64,000 nucleotides of DNA from Pelomyxa schiedti (GCA_020536535.1 JAHLWZ010000165.1:28361-92360); one strand, 5' to 3'; shown: positions 25,301-38,378, counted from the first letter of the stretch. The notes: generated by a model not told the origin, from the letters alone. Numbers and translations: made by a program.

Positions 25301-26607
25301 GTCATATTATATCTCATAGAGGAGAAATCTAATTCGTTATCAAAGTTTATATACAGAATCTTTCTTCCGGATATTACATAGCGTCACCTCAGTTATTGCA
25401 TCTGAAGCAAAAAAGAATTCTCCAGCTCCCTGTTCTGCTCAGGATGAGTACCCTTTGGATAATTTACCCTCCACAAGTGACAATAGTACTGCACGTGACT
25501 CCAGCAGTACCGTTGATCCTGATGTTGCACGAAACTTTTTTGAAGAGCATTTGAGAAAACAGCAGGAACCCTCTGTCGACGATTGTGCACCGGTACCATT
25601 TCCAATCAACTTCTGTTAATGAGCAGAAGGCCTATGAAATGGAATCGGAAAAATCTTCAAGAGACCCTGCACAGAGGCAACGGATAGACTATATAGGGAA
25701 AATATTGGAGAGGTGCCAGCACTATCTCGATTTTCGCGTGCCTGCTGTTCGGATACTCGTTTTGGAGATAATAGCGAAGGTAAAGCAACTTCAGTGATAG
25801 TAAATACTTAGAACAATCACAGGGTATACAAGCACTTGTCAATGACCGAGCACCAGAAACATGTTTGGCTACTTCAAAAGAAGTTGCAATATGGCCGCTA
25901 CTACATGTTCTCTGGGACCCCCTTGTTTCGAGGCTATTTGACTCTGAAAGAGTGTGCTAATACCTTTTGTTACCTTTTCTTACTCTTTAAAGCCTGTCAT
26001 AGTAAAAACCATTGGAGTTTTTTCGGTTATTTCCACTCTGTGTCAGAGTGTATTGGCTAGTAGATTCAGTCAGACTGTGTGGCCTTCATTAAGCAATAGA
26101 ATTGTCCCTTTCTTAAAAACGCTTCCCGTGGACAGAACTATCAGCCAGGTTTTTTTGTGTTCACCCCTCAGGAGTTTCTTACTTTCCTTTCTCAGTTTGA
26201 TTGGAATTTCAAAGAGATGTCCGCTATAACGGATTGCTTAGCAACTATTTCACAGAACATAACAATTTCCCGCAAGACAGTTTTGGATATATGTCACACG
26301 TTTCTGCCTCTACTCTCTCAATCATGCCCAGAACCGCTTCAACAACGGTACCACTTTCACTCAATTCCCCACCCCTTATAATTATTACAGAGCAATAGAA
26401 TTGTTTCTCGCCCTGGGTGTACACAACGGGGAGAAAGTGTGGTCATTTGTCTCGCCTATGGCCGGCACAACAGCCGCACTCGGCCCAGTACCAACCCCCC
26501 TTGTGGGTTTTGTATGTCCCCCTCCACAATGGTTCTTTTCCACATCCAGAGATAACAACCAGTATCATCCAGCATGTTCTCGTCTTGCACGCAAATTAGC
26601 AGCATAG
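22400..26607 (+). CDS. TTI1: TELO2-interacting protein 1 (TTT complex HEAT protein)
   Basis: LLPGVASTMFKVAT|GDYKAG, KWRVRLAL, AVECIGTLSRAMG..LYPILQ, DYILNNI, WPLLHVLWDPLVSRL; many introns. Confidence 0.8.
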
Positions 26608-26910
26608 AGACGAAACACCACAAAAAAAAAAGTGTCAGTTGCATCCCAGAGGTGCTATAAACATTATTTGTTCTTTAAAAACTCTTTTTAACATCACTCT
26701 CTCCTTTCTATCCCGTTGTGGACGTGCTTGGCACAATTTTTACAAAAAGCAAATTGTGGGCTCCGGCTTTCGTGCGTGGTAAAAAAAAAAGGCATTCCTA
26801 AGAAAATGAACACTCAACAAAGGATTTTACATTCAAACGCAAAATTTAGCCCACCTTGTGGGCTGCTATAAACACGAAAACGTAGATAGAGCATGCCTCC
26901 ACCCCCATTA

Positions 26911-29900
26911 CTAGGAGGCTCTGTCAGCAGCACAAGGGGTGGCTGTAGCGCCCGAGGTTCTCAGCGGTGTGTTGGTTGCGGTGCACGAGGTCCGCAGTGG
27001 GGTGTTTGTTGTAGTTCCCGAGTTTTGCAGTGGAGTGGTGGCGGTTGTGGTTGCGGCGGTCGCGGTGGAATGTGGGCCCGAGGCCCTAAGGTGACCGTTG
27101 GAGGGGGTGGACTGTGGGCCCGAGGCCCGCAGGTGGCCGGTGGCGGGCGGCGACGTGCGCGGCGACGAGGAGAGCTGCTGCTGCCACGATGAAATGTTCA
27201 TCTTGGCGTTGGATATGAGCTCGGACACCTCTGGCATGACACCGGCAAGAGGGTCAAGGAGTGGCATCATCACAAACTGAATGAATGTAGACTGCATTTT
27301 AGCTTGGTTGGTGTTGTGTCTATCCATGAATGGGGAAACATCCATTTTCAAGGATTTCTCCTTGTCTCCTTGGCCAAAAAGTTCTGTCCAATGGTGTAAA
27401 CAGAAATCTGGGTGTGTTGGAAGATACCTGCAACAACTTTATTTGCCCAAACTGATGCAATTTTCCATGGCCTGGACACATTTGATATGTCTGCGACCTT
27501 CAACACAACTCTTTCAAGGGCAAGGCGGTGTTGAGAATTTCCGGAATCAAAGTGGGATACTTTTAGGATGGAGTTGAATTCTCCAATAACTTCGAGATGC
27601 TTGGCCATATCTAAAATAACTCAGGACACAGCGTTATACTTTAATTATTGTACCAGTTGAGAGTATCAGAGTTATCACCGACTTACGGAAAAGGCGAAAC
27701 TGGTCAATTGACAAATGCTTTAGGAAGTTCAAATTCTCCTGCTTCAGGAGTTGGAAGAGTCTCGCTGCATGCATACTCTCTAAGACTGATTGGTCATTAT
27801 ACTGGATGGCCAAGGGATCCATTGAAGATACTAAGAAGTTATTATTTACACCTACGAAAGTCAGAAATGAGGGTGATGACAGGTAAATAACCAGGATGAC
27901 AAAGGTCGTGAGCTAGGGCAGCAATGAGTAAAGCAAGCTTTTCTAAAGGCGGTATATTACATAGAAGCTCTGTACACATAAGCCAATGTACAGCTTGCAT
28001 TACATCGGCTGCGTGGAGACTAAGACAAGGAGGTTAAATACGATAACCCTCAGTTTTTTGTTCGAACCTTGTGTGATAAGGATTCGTATCCACGTAGTTC
28101 TGCTCTGCTACTATAGCAAATCTGATGAATTACGTTACAAGTGAAGAATTTAGAGAGGCCTTATTACGCCATAAAGGTGGCTTCGTCGATTTCAAACTCT
28201 TCAATAAGACCATGGTGTCTAAGCAATAAACAGGCGATGGTACTGAGGGTATGCGCTTCAGCTGTTTGTGTGTACTATAATTTGCTTACTGAACGCAACA
28301 TTAAAGGTTTCCTACCTCAAAGAGATCAAAGCTCCACTTGTTTATTCGATGTTCGGTTACCTTTACACCACACTTAACCACGCCAAAGTTTGAATTGGAG
28401 GGAGTCACAGTCCTGGCAGGAGTACAAAAGGAACCCTACTAACATTAAAGAAATCGGGAAAAACGGGCTGATACTTCAAGTTTCGGAACTAGCTGATCTA
28501 AGAGGAAAGCTTTTGCTTCTGACTCAACGCACATTAGTTGTTGTTCATCAAACTGATACCTACTTAGGTGAGATTTTATTGTTATTCAGAATCGTACAGC
28601 TTCTTCTCTGCAATGAGGTGCTTGATCAATTCTAAGTTCCTAGAACCGTGTGAGTGCCATTTAATTGATCGCGAGTCCAACCTCAATTCATTTGCCTTTA
28701 AATGAGAATTTCCTTGTAATTCCTCTAGCATTTGAATTACGGATTCGGCTTGAGAGGAAAACCCGATGTCCCCTCGCATTTGAATCATTACAGAGAGCTA
28801 TGAAAGATAAGCTACGCTAAGCACAATAGAAAGATACTTGTCTCTGCAGTGCGTCATTGGACTTCTGCAGTTTTCTTCGCTGATGTATCAATAATGCCAT
28901 ACCAACCAAAGATATTCCAAATAGTGCTGCTACACTACACACAATTGCTGGAACTAGAACTTCGGCACTAGGACCCCCATTGGATCTTGCCGGTATCCAT
29001 GTTGCCCATGTCTACAAATTATTAGTTGTATGGCCTCAAAGACTTTCTTACAGCTGTATGATTCTGTAGCCAGAGGCAACTAGCTTCCTCATAAGTGAAT
29101 CCTCTTTCTGCAACGTCATCTGCAAACCAACTTAGTAATCTTCGAAGCTGAGAGAACGCCTACACATAATATCCATTTGGTCCTCATTGGTCAGGGACAA
29201 TTGCTTGAGGAGAGAGAATTCATGAGGAAATTCTGTTGGAAACACAGGCCACAATGCCTTATATAAAACTTCCTCAGGATAGTCACAGAAAACATCAGAA
29301 GAATGCTCATAGCAAGAATCAGTGTAATATGGCAGGGTGACCCGACTAAGAGCATGCTTGAGAAGGTAATGGTGAGGGTCCCACAAATAAAACACTATGC
29401 ACTGGTGCAATTCAAATGCTTCATCAATCTTTGCAAGTAATACAGATTCATCAGTCGGTACTACCGCGAGATTCCACCCATTGCTTCGGCAAATTTGTTC
29501 ATCAAAAGTGGCCCACGGTGAAGACCATAAAGTATGATTAACAGCTGTAAAGAATTCCTCCCTCTCAGAGGGACTCATCCCGACAAAATTATCTGTAACC
29601 AATATTAGTGCATTAAGAGGGAAGAAAGAAAGCACGTACCTGCCCGCGGGTACCTCTCAAGGCAAAATGTAGGGATGTACCAACCATTTCTTCCAATTAC
29701 TCCCAGGGGTCCCCCATTAATAACTTGCCCACTCCCAATGTAAGCTTCTTTATCTTGCTCCTCTCCTGAGGTCCAAACTTCCAAAGCAATATGCCCTGTG
29801 CCCTCTCTTAGAAGCTCCCATTTTTCGTGATTATCTACAACTGTTGTCTGTTGAGTGTCAGTGTAGAATATCCAAAGGTTAAGTAAAAAAAAACTCACAG

Positions 29901-30102
29901 TAACAGCAGTGCCCAACTTTTCCTGTAGCAAAATTGTGGCTAGTGCCAAATTGACGTCGCTGGCCATCCAGTAGCCGCCCACAATTGCGACGGAGCGGCT
30001 CCCGTCCGGAGTGTACCGATCTTGGAAACAAACACTCGACGCCACCGGCAGGCCTAACGCACACACAAGTAAGAAAAGAAGGCCCCCGTTGTAGTTGCTC
30101 AT
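26911..30102 (-). CDS. Single-pass membrane class I cyclic-nucleotide phosphodiesterase with extracellular ABC-type (OpuAC/glycine-betaine-like) substrate-binding domain
   Basis: Signal peptide MSNYNGGLLFLLVCALGLPVASS. Ectodomain LEVW, GPLGVIGRNGWYIP, VFYLWDPH, CDYPEEVLYK. TM VLVPAIVCSVAALFGISLVGMALLI-HQRRK. PDE motifs PYHTSLHAADV, HDLCHPG, YNDQSVLESMH, TDMAKH, ADISN, QSTFI. Confidence 0.88.
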
Positions 30103-30506
30103 CCTGAAGATCCCGCAGGTCGCACCCCTAGGACCTACTTTTTCCTTTTCTCGTCGTACCGCGAAGTGATGTTTGCTTGCAAAGAAAAATGCATTTTTCT
30201 CGGATGAGCTCATTGAAGTAGGTTCGAGTTAATCAAGATCCACCAGAATCAATCGGGAAACGGCTCTTTTCGTTGCTTTGTCATTGTCTTTTTCCACGCG
30301 GGTCAAATCAGGAGGCTTCGAAGAGACGGGGGGGAGTCTTGTTCAGTTGAGTCGGGGAGACCCAGACAACACCAGACAACACACAGGTGTGATGTGGTTC
30401 ACAGAGCAGGTCTGCTTATGACAGCGACTCCTGGCAAATTACTCAAAAGGAAAAAATAAGCTTGTTTTCATCACTTTCAAGGAAGGTGCCAAGAGCCAAT
30501 CAAACA

Positions 30507-31786
30507 ATGGAGGTTCGGGCGGTCGTTATCGATAGTGGCACTGGAACCTGCAAGGCCGGTTTCGCTGGCGATGCTGCACCTCGTGCCATAATTCCCGTGA
30601 GTGATTTCTCACCACGCTACTCCACGCGGCGGGGGTGCTATGGGGATTTTTTTCCCCCCTGACCCCTGAGACTCATCCCCCCCTTCCCTCCAAGAGCGTC
30701 GTCGGTCGGCACAACCTCAGCAGCGCCGAGGTCCAGGAGCGGGAGATCAACGCCGTCTGCCCCTACGTCGGCAACGAGGTCCACAGCACCGGCTGGCGCC
30801 ACATCCTGAGCCTCAAGCACCCCATCGAGCGCGGCGTAATTACCAGCTGGGGAGACATGGAGGCCGTGTGGCACCACGCGTTCCACTCGCAGCTCCGCGT
30901 CTTCCCAGAGGAGCAAAACGTCCTGGTCACCGAGGCCCCGCAGGCCAGCCCCAGGCCCAGCCGCGAGAAGGTGGCCCAGATCATGTTCGAGTGCTTCGCG
31001 GTCCCGGGCCTGTGCGTGGCGGCCCAGGCGCCCCTGGCCCTGCACGCCTCGGGCCGGGCCACGGGGCTGGTGCTGGACTCGGGCGAGGGGGTCACGCACA
31101 CGGTCCCCGTCTGCGAGGAGGGCTGCGCGGCCGCCCCCGGCGCCGCCCTCAGGCTCGACCTCGCCGGGGGCGATCTCACGGCCTACATGGAGAGAATCCT
31201 CGCCGACCGCGGGCACTCGCTCCAGAAGGAGCCCCCCGTGGCCAGGGACATCAAGGAGAAGCTGGGATATGTGGCTATTGACTTTGATGCTGAAGTGATG
31301 CACCACACAACGCCGTCACCATCACCATCACCATCACCATCTTCGGCTTCGGCTACTGCTGCTTCGTTTGAGAAGAGATATGAGCTTCCTGATGGACAGG
31401 CAATCATGATTGGGAACGAGAGTTTCATGTGCCCAGAGGCCCTGTTCCGGCCCTCGCTGATTGGCATGGAGGCTGTGGGTATCCACGAGACTTGCTACAG
31501 CTCCATATCCAAGTGTGACGTCGAGATCAGGGGCAGAATGTACGGCAACATCCTGCTATCTGGTGGCACGACAATGTTCCCAGGACTTCCTGCAAGACTT
31601 CACAAGGAAATGACAGCCCTTGCCCCGCCAGGCACAAGGGTCAATGTAATAGCACCACCGGGTAGGCAGAACTACGCGTGGGTCGGTGGATCGAACCTAG
31701 CATCACTCAGCACTTCGCAGATATGGATTACAAAGGAGGATTATGACAATTCCGGCCCTTCTGTTGTACACAGTAAGTGCTACTAG
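30507..31786 (+). CDS. Divergent actin / actin-like protein
   Basis: [61 protein letters not shown]; one intron at about 30597-30693. Confidence 0.92.
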
Positions 31787-31952
31787 ATTGAGTCCACTAA
31801 TGAACGTTTTCACGACTGCCTCTGAGCTCCAAACACAAAACATTCCTTGCAATTACCTTGAATTCCGAGACCGCTACTGTTGTTCCTAAGTCGGTGGCTA
31901 GCAGTCATCAATTAAAAGAATTGCGTTTCCCTTTTTTTTTCCTTTCTCTGAA

Positions 31953-34017
31953 TTACATGTGTGGGGTGCCACTGTCGGGATCAACCACGCAAAGCAGAGA
32001 GTAGTGCATTTTTGTGGGTTGTTCCTCTGGTGCTGCTAGAACCACAGAGTAGCTGTTTATTCCACCACAAGAATTACTCCGGTTATGTGGTTGTGTTGAC
32101 CAGGCCACCACACTATCAGGGAATCCCCAGGTAGATAGAACCGCCCATTGTCCTGGTTCTAACACGGCTCTGTCGTAGGCATTAAAATGGGAGTTTTGGT
32201 AAAAGTTTTCTGACCTTATAGCAGACAAGCACTGAGACACAAAAGCGGAAGGTAGTAGGCCTTTGCATCTTAGTGACCAGCCACTGCTTTTAGCGTAAGC
32301 AACCAGTGCGAAACTCGAGCTTAGTTGCACTTCCGGAGAAAGAGCGGGTGATTTCCAGGAATGGAGCCCAATCCACTCTTGCAAATCTTGCTGCAGATCC
32401 CCGTCCTCTTCCCGTTTATCTTGAGTGGCATTAGGTTCAAAAACTATTTCCTCATACTGTACTTTTGGCTGGAGTGGTTGTACTTCTAATCACTGCCATG
32501 ATGTCGTTGTAGCTTGGGGCAAATATGGCAGGTGCGTACTCGTGCATTGATGCTAATTCGTGCTTGCCAACAACACAATCGGGGGGAAATTCCACAGGGC
32601 AGGGGAGTCCATCTACAGTGTTGATGAGTGTTGTACAGATACGGGAAATCTTCAACTTTCTGTATAGGACACAAGCATGGATAATGATTCGACTCGGTGG
32701 TTTGCCAAACACCATTGAATTCTATCATAGGAAGGCGCTCCAGGGTGGTACCGCTCTTCTGCTAGGTTGATAACAACCACTATCGAGGATACTCATTAAA
32801 CGGTAGGAAACGTCTTACAGATACATACAGTAGCTTGAAGGTTTTTTTTCCTTAGGTCGCTTTATCGGAGACCCAACCAGCCCAAATGATTGGTAAGTGT
32901 CTCTTTCCAGCCGCAAAACAAGATGCCCTATATTTGGATGAGCACGGTAAAAAAGTATAAGTTAGGACATTACCAGATGGAAGGATGGCACACGAATTGC
33001 CTGTGTCTAATACTGTACCAACACTCAGTGCAATAAAACTTCCTAAAAAGTAGTGGGTTCTTTTGATGGTGGAAAAACCATGACAATAACAAAACAAAAA
33101 ATCTCAATAAAAAATAAGGGATATGTTGCTCAGATTCTCAGCCAAATACATCATGGCCATTTGGTGCAATTGTTCAAGTTGCATTTAAATAGCTAAGGAA
33201 AATAACCTTCTTCGATATTTTCATCATAGCAACCCCTCATTTTGGGAAAAAAGAAAAAAGAAGTAATGCAAAAGGAGTTGTACCTGTCTTATTGCAGACA
33301 TATCTATCAACAAAAGTTTTCTCAACAAGGGACCACAAAGTACAATTGACTGTATAAAACCACTGGGCAGAGGCAGCAGCATGTAAAGATTCCACGAGTT
33401 GTTTTGCACATGGACAGTTCGTAAATACTTCCATCTGAGTGCGTTTCAGGAAGGGAAACAAGTCACATAACGTTTCCAAAAAAAAAAAAAAAAAAGGTAT
33501 CAGGAGGAGGGGATAGAATTGAGAGGGACCATCAAACCGCGTGGTTGAACGGATGTGACATGATGAAATTGTACACGAAATCGAGCCCATCAACATTCCT
33601 TGCCTCTTTCTTAATTTTCTTCACACGAGAATGCGGCACTTTGGTGCTAGCCCGAGTACTAGCACTGGCACTAGCATTAGAACTAGAGCCAGAGCCAGAG
33701 TCAGAGATAGCACCGACGGAAGCAGTTGCAGACGACGAAGGAGACGCATTGGCCCCAATAGTAGTAGTTGCTGTTGTTGACGTGACGGGAGTAGCCGTAG
33801 TGGCCAGGAGGGAGGAGGAGGCGGCGGCTTGTCGTTCTGTCGCGGTGGCATTCGCTCCCTCGGCGGTACCAGTAAGGGGCATTGGCACGTCGGCGTCGGG
33901 CTTGCTCGCAGCAGCACTTGGCGGGGGGTGGCGCGGCACTAGGCACGTGCGGACGTGCAGCTTCGCGGCGATGGCCCGGTTGCATCGCACGTCGTTTATC
34001 GCGAAGCAGCTGGCCAT
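31953..34017 (-). CDS. Hypothetical multi-exon protein
   Basis: Chain of - strand ORFs (33532, 33237, 32852, 32452, 31953) separated by introns; head-to-head with ARPC5. Confidence 0.55.
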
Positions 34018-34213
34018 TTCCAACTGTGAATCTGGGGGGTGCGCGTGGAGCCTTCCCCAGTACTGCGGGAGTGCAACACACGTACACAAAGGGGAACAGA
34101 GAATGTGCATCCTCTCGCACTTCAGTGTTGGACCTCAGGTGCCTCTTCAATTCCCAAATTGACTGCGTCGACCATCAAAGCGGAAAAAAAAAAAAACCAA
34201 AAACAACCACACG

Positions 34214-35104
34214 ATGTCAGACGACGAAGCGGCACCCGCGGCCAAGGTTGGCGACGACGCCGAGTTCCTGCGATACACGGCCGCTATGACCAAGTACCAC
34301 GCCAAGGCACAGGAGTACTTCCAGCAGAGGCAGGCGGAGGTCCAGGCCGTGGGCGAGGTAGTCGCCGCAGCCCGATCGTCGCCCGCTAAGCTCACCGCCG
34401 CGCTGGCTACCGCAATGTCCACCCCTCCCCCTCTCTTCTGGTCTTTCAATGATAAACAGGTTCTTCGGGGTTTTTTTTTTTTTTTTTTTTTTTTTAACAT
34501 GGTCCGGTCCATTCATCTACGCGTTCCTTTCTTCCCTTTTAGTTAGTATTGGTGTTGTACAGCTTCAGCGTTTACTTTTGTATTTTTTTTTTTTCCTCCA
34601 CTTATGTCTATTGCGTGTTTTTGAGGCGGAAATTTAACTAACACTCCCTTGTAGTATGAAGACAAGGTCACACAATTGGAACTTGTTGTCAAGATGAACA
34701 AACTCAAAGAAGCTCGCGGGGAGGAACTTAAAGCGCAAATGGCTGCAGCTGTTGAGCCAATAAAGGAAGGTCTACCGCGAATGGCAGAGCTTGTTCAACA
34801 GGCAACTGCTCAGGTCTTGACTCTACTGGGACTATTCGAATCCAAGCCGCCAACGCCAATTGAGCCAGCCGTAATGGCCCTCAACCAAGAACAAGCAGAT
34901 GCTCTTATGAAATATCTTTACCGACTCCTTTCCACCGGCGATAATGCCAATCTCCTACTCAAGTGGCATGAAGCTGCATTCAAGAGGGGAGGCCACGGTT
35001 CAATTGTGTGTATTCTCTGCCAATTCGATTTCGCCTCGCTCATACAATCATAACAATAGGTCCGAGTCTTCACCGACAAGACGGAGCTCACACCAAATGC
35101 CTAA
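34214..35104 (+). CDS. ARPC5: Arp2/3 complex subunit 5 (p16-Arc) with internal insertion
   Basis: DALMKYLYR...LLLKWHEAAFKRGGHGSIV|RVFTD matches the p16-Arc C-terminus. Confidence 0.85.
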
Positions 35105-35165
35105 GTCCTCCTCTTGTAAAAGATTCTTTTTCTCTTTACGATGATGAGAATTACCTTCTTTGAAA

Positions 35166-35756
35166 ATGTTTTTGGTGCGTAGTGCCACGCTGGATGACGT
35201 CGATGCTATTCAGCAGTTGTACAAGTGCGTGGCCAGAACGACAAAAGGGGGAATTGCCAGAGAGGAGGACGAAATACCCCGCGAGTACGTCCTCAACAAC
35301 GTGACGTCGGCACTCACGAGGGGAGGCCTGTGCCTTGTGGCTACCAGAGCCCCATCAGCAACCACAACTGGAGTCTCGGTTGCGCAACCAATGACAGCAG
35401 AGTCCACCGCGGATCCCGGTTGGATTGTGGGAGAGATACACTGCTACCGGGCAGTGCCCCGCGTATTCAGCCACGTACTCGGCGACCTGACTGTTGTTGT
35501 GCACCCTGAGTGTCAGGGACATGGGCTTGGCAGGCTGTTGTTCGACCAAGTCCTGGGCCGAGTGAGATCAGGAATGCCGGACGTGATGAGGGTGGAACTG
35601 ATCGCCAGGGAATCGAACCGGCGAGCCATCGGGCTGTATGAATCTCTTGGGTTCGTGAGGGAGGGGCGCTTGGAGCGCAGGATCAGGGACGTGGACGGTA
35701 CATTTTGTGCTGATATCCCAATGGCTTGGTTCAACCCGGCATTCAGTTGTCACTAG
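35166..35756 (+). CDS. GNAT acetyltransferase, intronless, bacterial-like
   Basis: VHPECQGHGLGRLL (acetyl-CoA motif A), SNRRAIGLYESLGF, GEIH, ADIPMAWFNP. Confidence 0.88.
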   Translation: MFLVRSATLDDVDAIQQLYKCVARTTKGGIAREEDEIPREYVLNNVTSALTRGGLCLVATRAPSATTTGVSVAQPMTAESTADPGWIVGEIHCYRAVPRVFSHVLGDLTVVVHPECQGHGLGRLLFDQVLGRVRSGMPDVMRVELIARESNRRAIGLYESLGFVREGRLERRIRDVDGTFCADIPMAWFNPAFSCH

Positions 35757-35923
35757 TGATGATGGGATTCTGATTGATTTTTATTGCCCTCGTTTGTCAC
35801 TTCACCTGTTGGGCGCTTGTGATTCCAAGATTCTAGGCAAACAGTGATGTTCCTTGAAAAAGCGAAACTTGAAATAAAAAAAACCAAAAGAGAAGAGGGT
35901 GCATCGTCGGGTTGCTTTGTGCT

Positions 35924-38378
35924 ATGGATCTACGCGACACGTATTGTGAGATTTGTTGCCAACCTACTTCGTGTTGCACGTGGTATGCATAATTTTTTTC
36001 TTTGGTACTTCATTCGTGTGTTTTAATGCCTCGAAAAGCGGTGCCCAAGGTGATAGAATTACCGAGAGGGAAATTGATGTAATGGTGGAGAGGTACTCTC
36101 TAGCGCAACTGAAGGAATCTTGCAGAACGAAAAATGTTAAGGTACGTTATTAAAAAAAACTTTGAAAAATGGGGTTGACTTGGGGGAAAAACAGGTTTCT
36201 GGAAATAAGAGAGATTTAGCTCTAAGAATTTTAGAGCAAGGAAGGCTTCAACAAAAGGTGGATGGTTTTACCTTTATATTTTAGAGGCTTGCCCAATTGT
36301 TTATTTGTTTTTGGGAACTGGGGAGTAACATTTCCTCGTAGAGTCACCTTATCAACAGGCAAGACAGCAATTCCAGCAAATACAAGCACAATTTTCTTCT
36401 TCCATCAAATCTGAGAACTCTATGGCTTCAATGACTGATAATGCACAAGCACCTCCACAATCACCCTCCAAACGGCGGCGAACTCATATTCCCTTGAACC
36501 AGGCAGAGTCTCAACAGGCCCTACAGGCTGTAAATCCTGTACAAACACACTGGCCTCAATGTACCCTCAACCCAGAGACTAGTGAGCCGCTGAGGGCCCA
36601 AGTGTGTATTTACCTGAGCGACAGCTTGTCCCTAACGTTGATAAAAGCGAAACGCGAATTTTCATTTTCTCATTTTATTATTTTAGAAATCACTATTCGC
36701 TCTCAGTAATGTCGATGTTGAATCACCTGGCCCATTTAAACCAGTATTGTTGACTGGTACCATACCGTACAGTAATTTCCTGCAGGATGAAGAACAGTCA
36801 GCGCCAGTAGAGTCACCAAGATTATTTCTGAGGAACCCGGTGGGAAGTACCACGGCCCTACCGCCAAGGAAATTTCACACTTCTGTTGTGCATTGCGGAA
36901 AAATGTTTGTGTTTGGTGGCGTAGAGATTGGAGTGAAACAGCACTTCTCCGCGGCCAGTATAGACTCGGCACCCACAACTGGGAACCTCTCTCAACTTTT
37001 TTCATCTTCATATTTGAAGTCTTTATCACCATCGTCTTCGCCACAGAAGGGCACACCTGTACCGTCTTCTCGTAGAACACCAACCATATCTCCGAATGCA
37101 TGTGTAGCATCAGTCATAGCATACGATTTTACCACAAACACATGGTCATCTGTTGAATGCAATGGGCAGCTACCTCCCCCACGTTCTAAGCACAGCGCAG
37201 TGTTACTTGACGGGATTATGTATATTTTTGGAGGAAAAGCTGGTGACAAGTCGGCTCTGAACGATGTGTATGCACTCAATCTTAACGGTCCACCGTATAC
37301 CTGGAGTTTGTTGCACCCTGGAGATCGACACCAACAAACAGATACGTTTATGGATGATGACGGAGTGGAGAAACCGGAGTCACAAGTTCCACTAGCAAGA
37401 TACAAGCACAGCATGTTTATCTGTCAGGGAAGCATGTTCATCTTTGGGGGCGCCTCTCCAGCGCACCTCAGTTGTAAAGATGCCAGTCTGTGGTGGTGTG
37501 GCAACAGCACCAAGCAATCGCCTATTATACATGGAGATATGTGGGAATTCCACATCGCTCGGAGTACATGGAGTCAAGTGCAACCTTCAACTTCACCCTC
37601 TCCCGTTCACCAACTTATGTCACCTCTACCACTGTCGCCAAATATAGAGCTTCACACCAAATCTAACGCGGTTTCAATCTGGCCACAGGAGCGCTATGCC
37701 CACGCCTGTGCTGGCAGCTCTGGCGAGTCGCGGTGGGTCATCTGCGGCGGGATTGGCCGTGATTTGGTCCATCTCAGTGATGTTTGGGAGTTTGATTGCT
37801 ATTACCGCATTTGGCGGTTACTGGCTTCACCCACAAGCGGCAACCCTTCAAGTTCAACCCCTCCCGTAATGCCGCATGCCGTAGCCTGTGTATGTGCACC
37901 GCCAACAGCTTTCCCTTCACCCTCCTCGGCCTCCTCTACCTCGACATCCTCTTCATTCTCGTCGCCTTCACCCACTGCACCCGCTCCGCCATTGTCCCCT
38001 TTTTCTCCCACCGCGAACATCAACATCACTGAATGCACAGCTACCACACCGCCTCCAACTCCAACTACAAACACCAATACAAGTACCAACACCAGTTACG
38101 TAGCCACCAGCCCTTCCGCACCGGAACAGCACGCCGCCGGCGATGTGATAGTAATCAACGACTACAACCAGCGCAGCTCACACACAGCCTATCACCTGGA
38201 CAAGGCCCGCACCGGCGACTGGTCCACCGAGGTGCCGGACATCTACTGGGGCTGTGCGCGGCACCTGTGCCTGCGCGGTGCCTCCGCTGTTGCATACGAG
38301 GGCACAGTGTGGATATGGGGACAATGGTGGGGCCAGGTCACATCCCCGCCTCTCATTGGATTGCGTGTGTGGTGTTGA
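35924..38378 (+). CDS. SAP-domain plus Kelch-repeat protein (start uncertain)
   Basis: YSLAQLKESCRTKNVK|VSGNKRDLALRI is SAP-like; ORF 36747-38378 has Kelch repeats (PPRSKHSAV..MYIFGG, ARYKHS..FIFGG). Confidence 0.7.
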
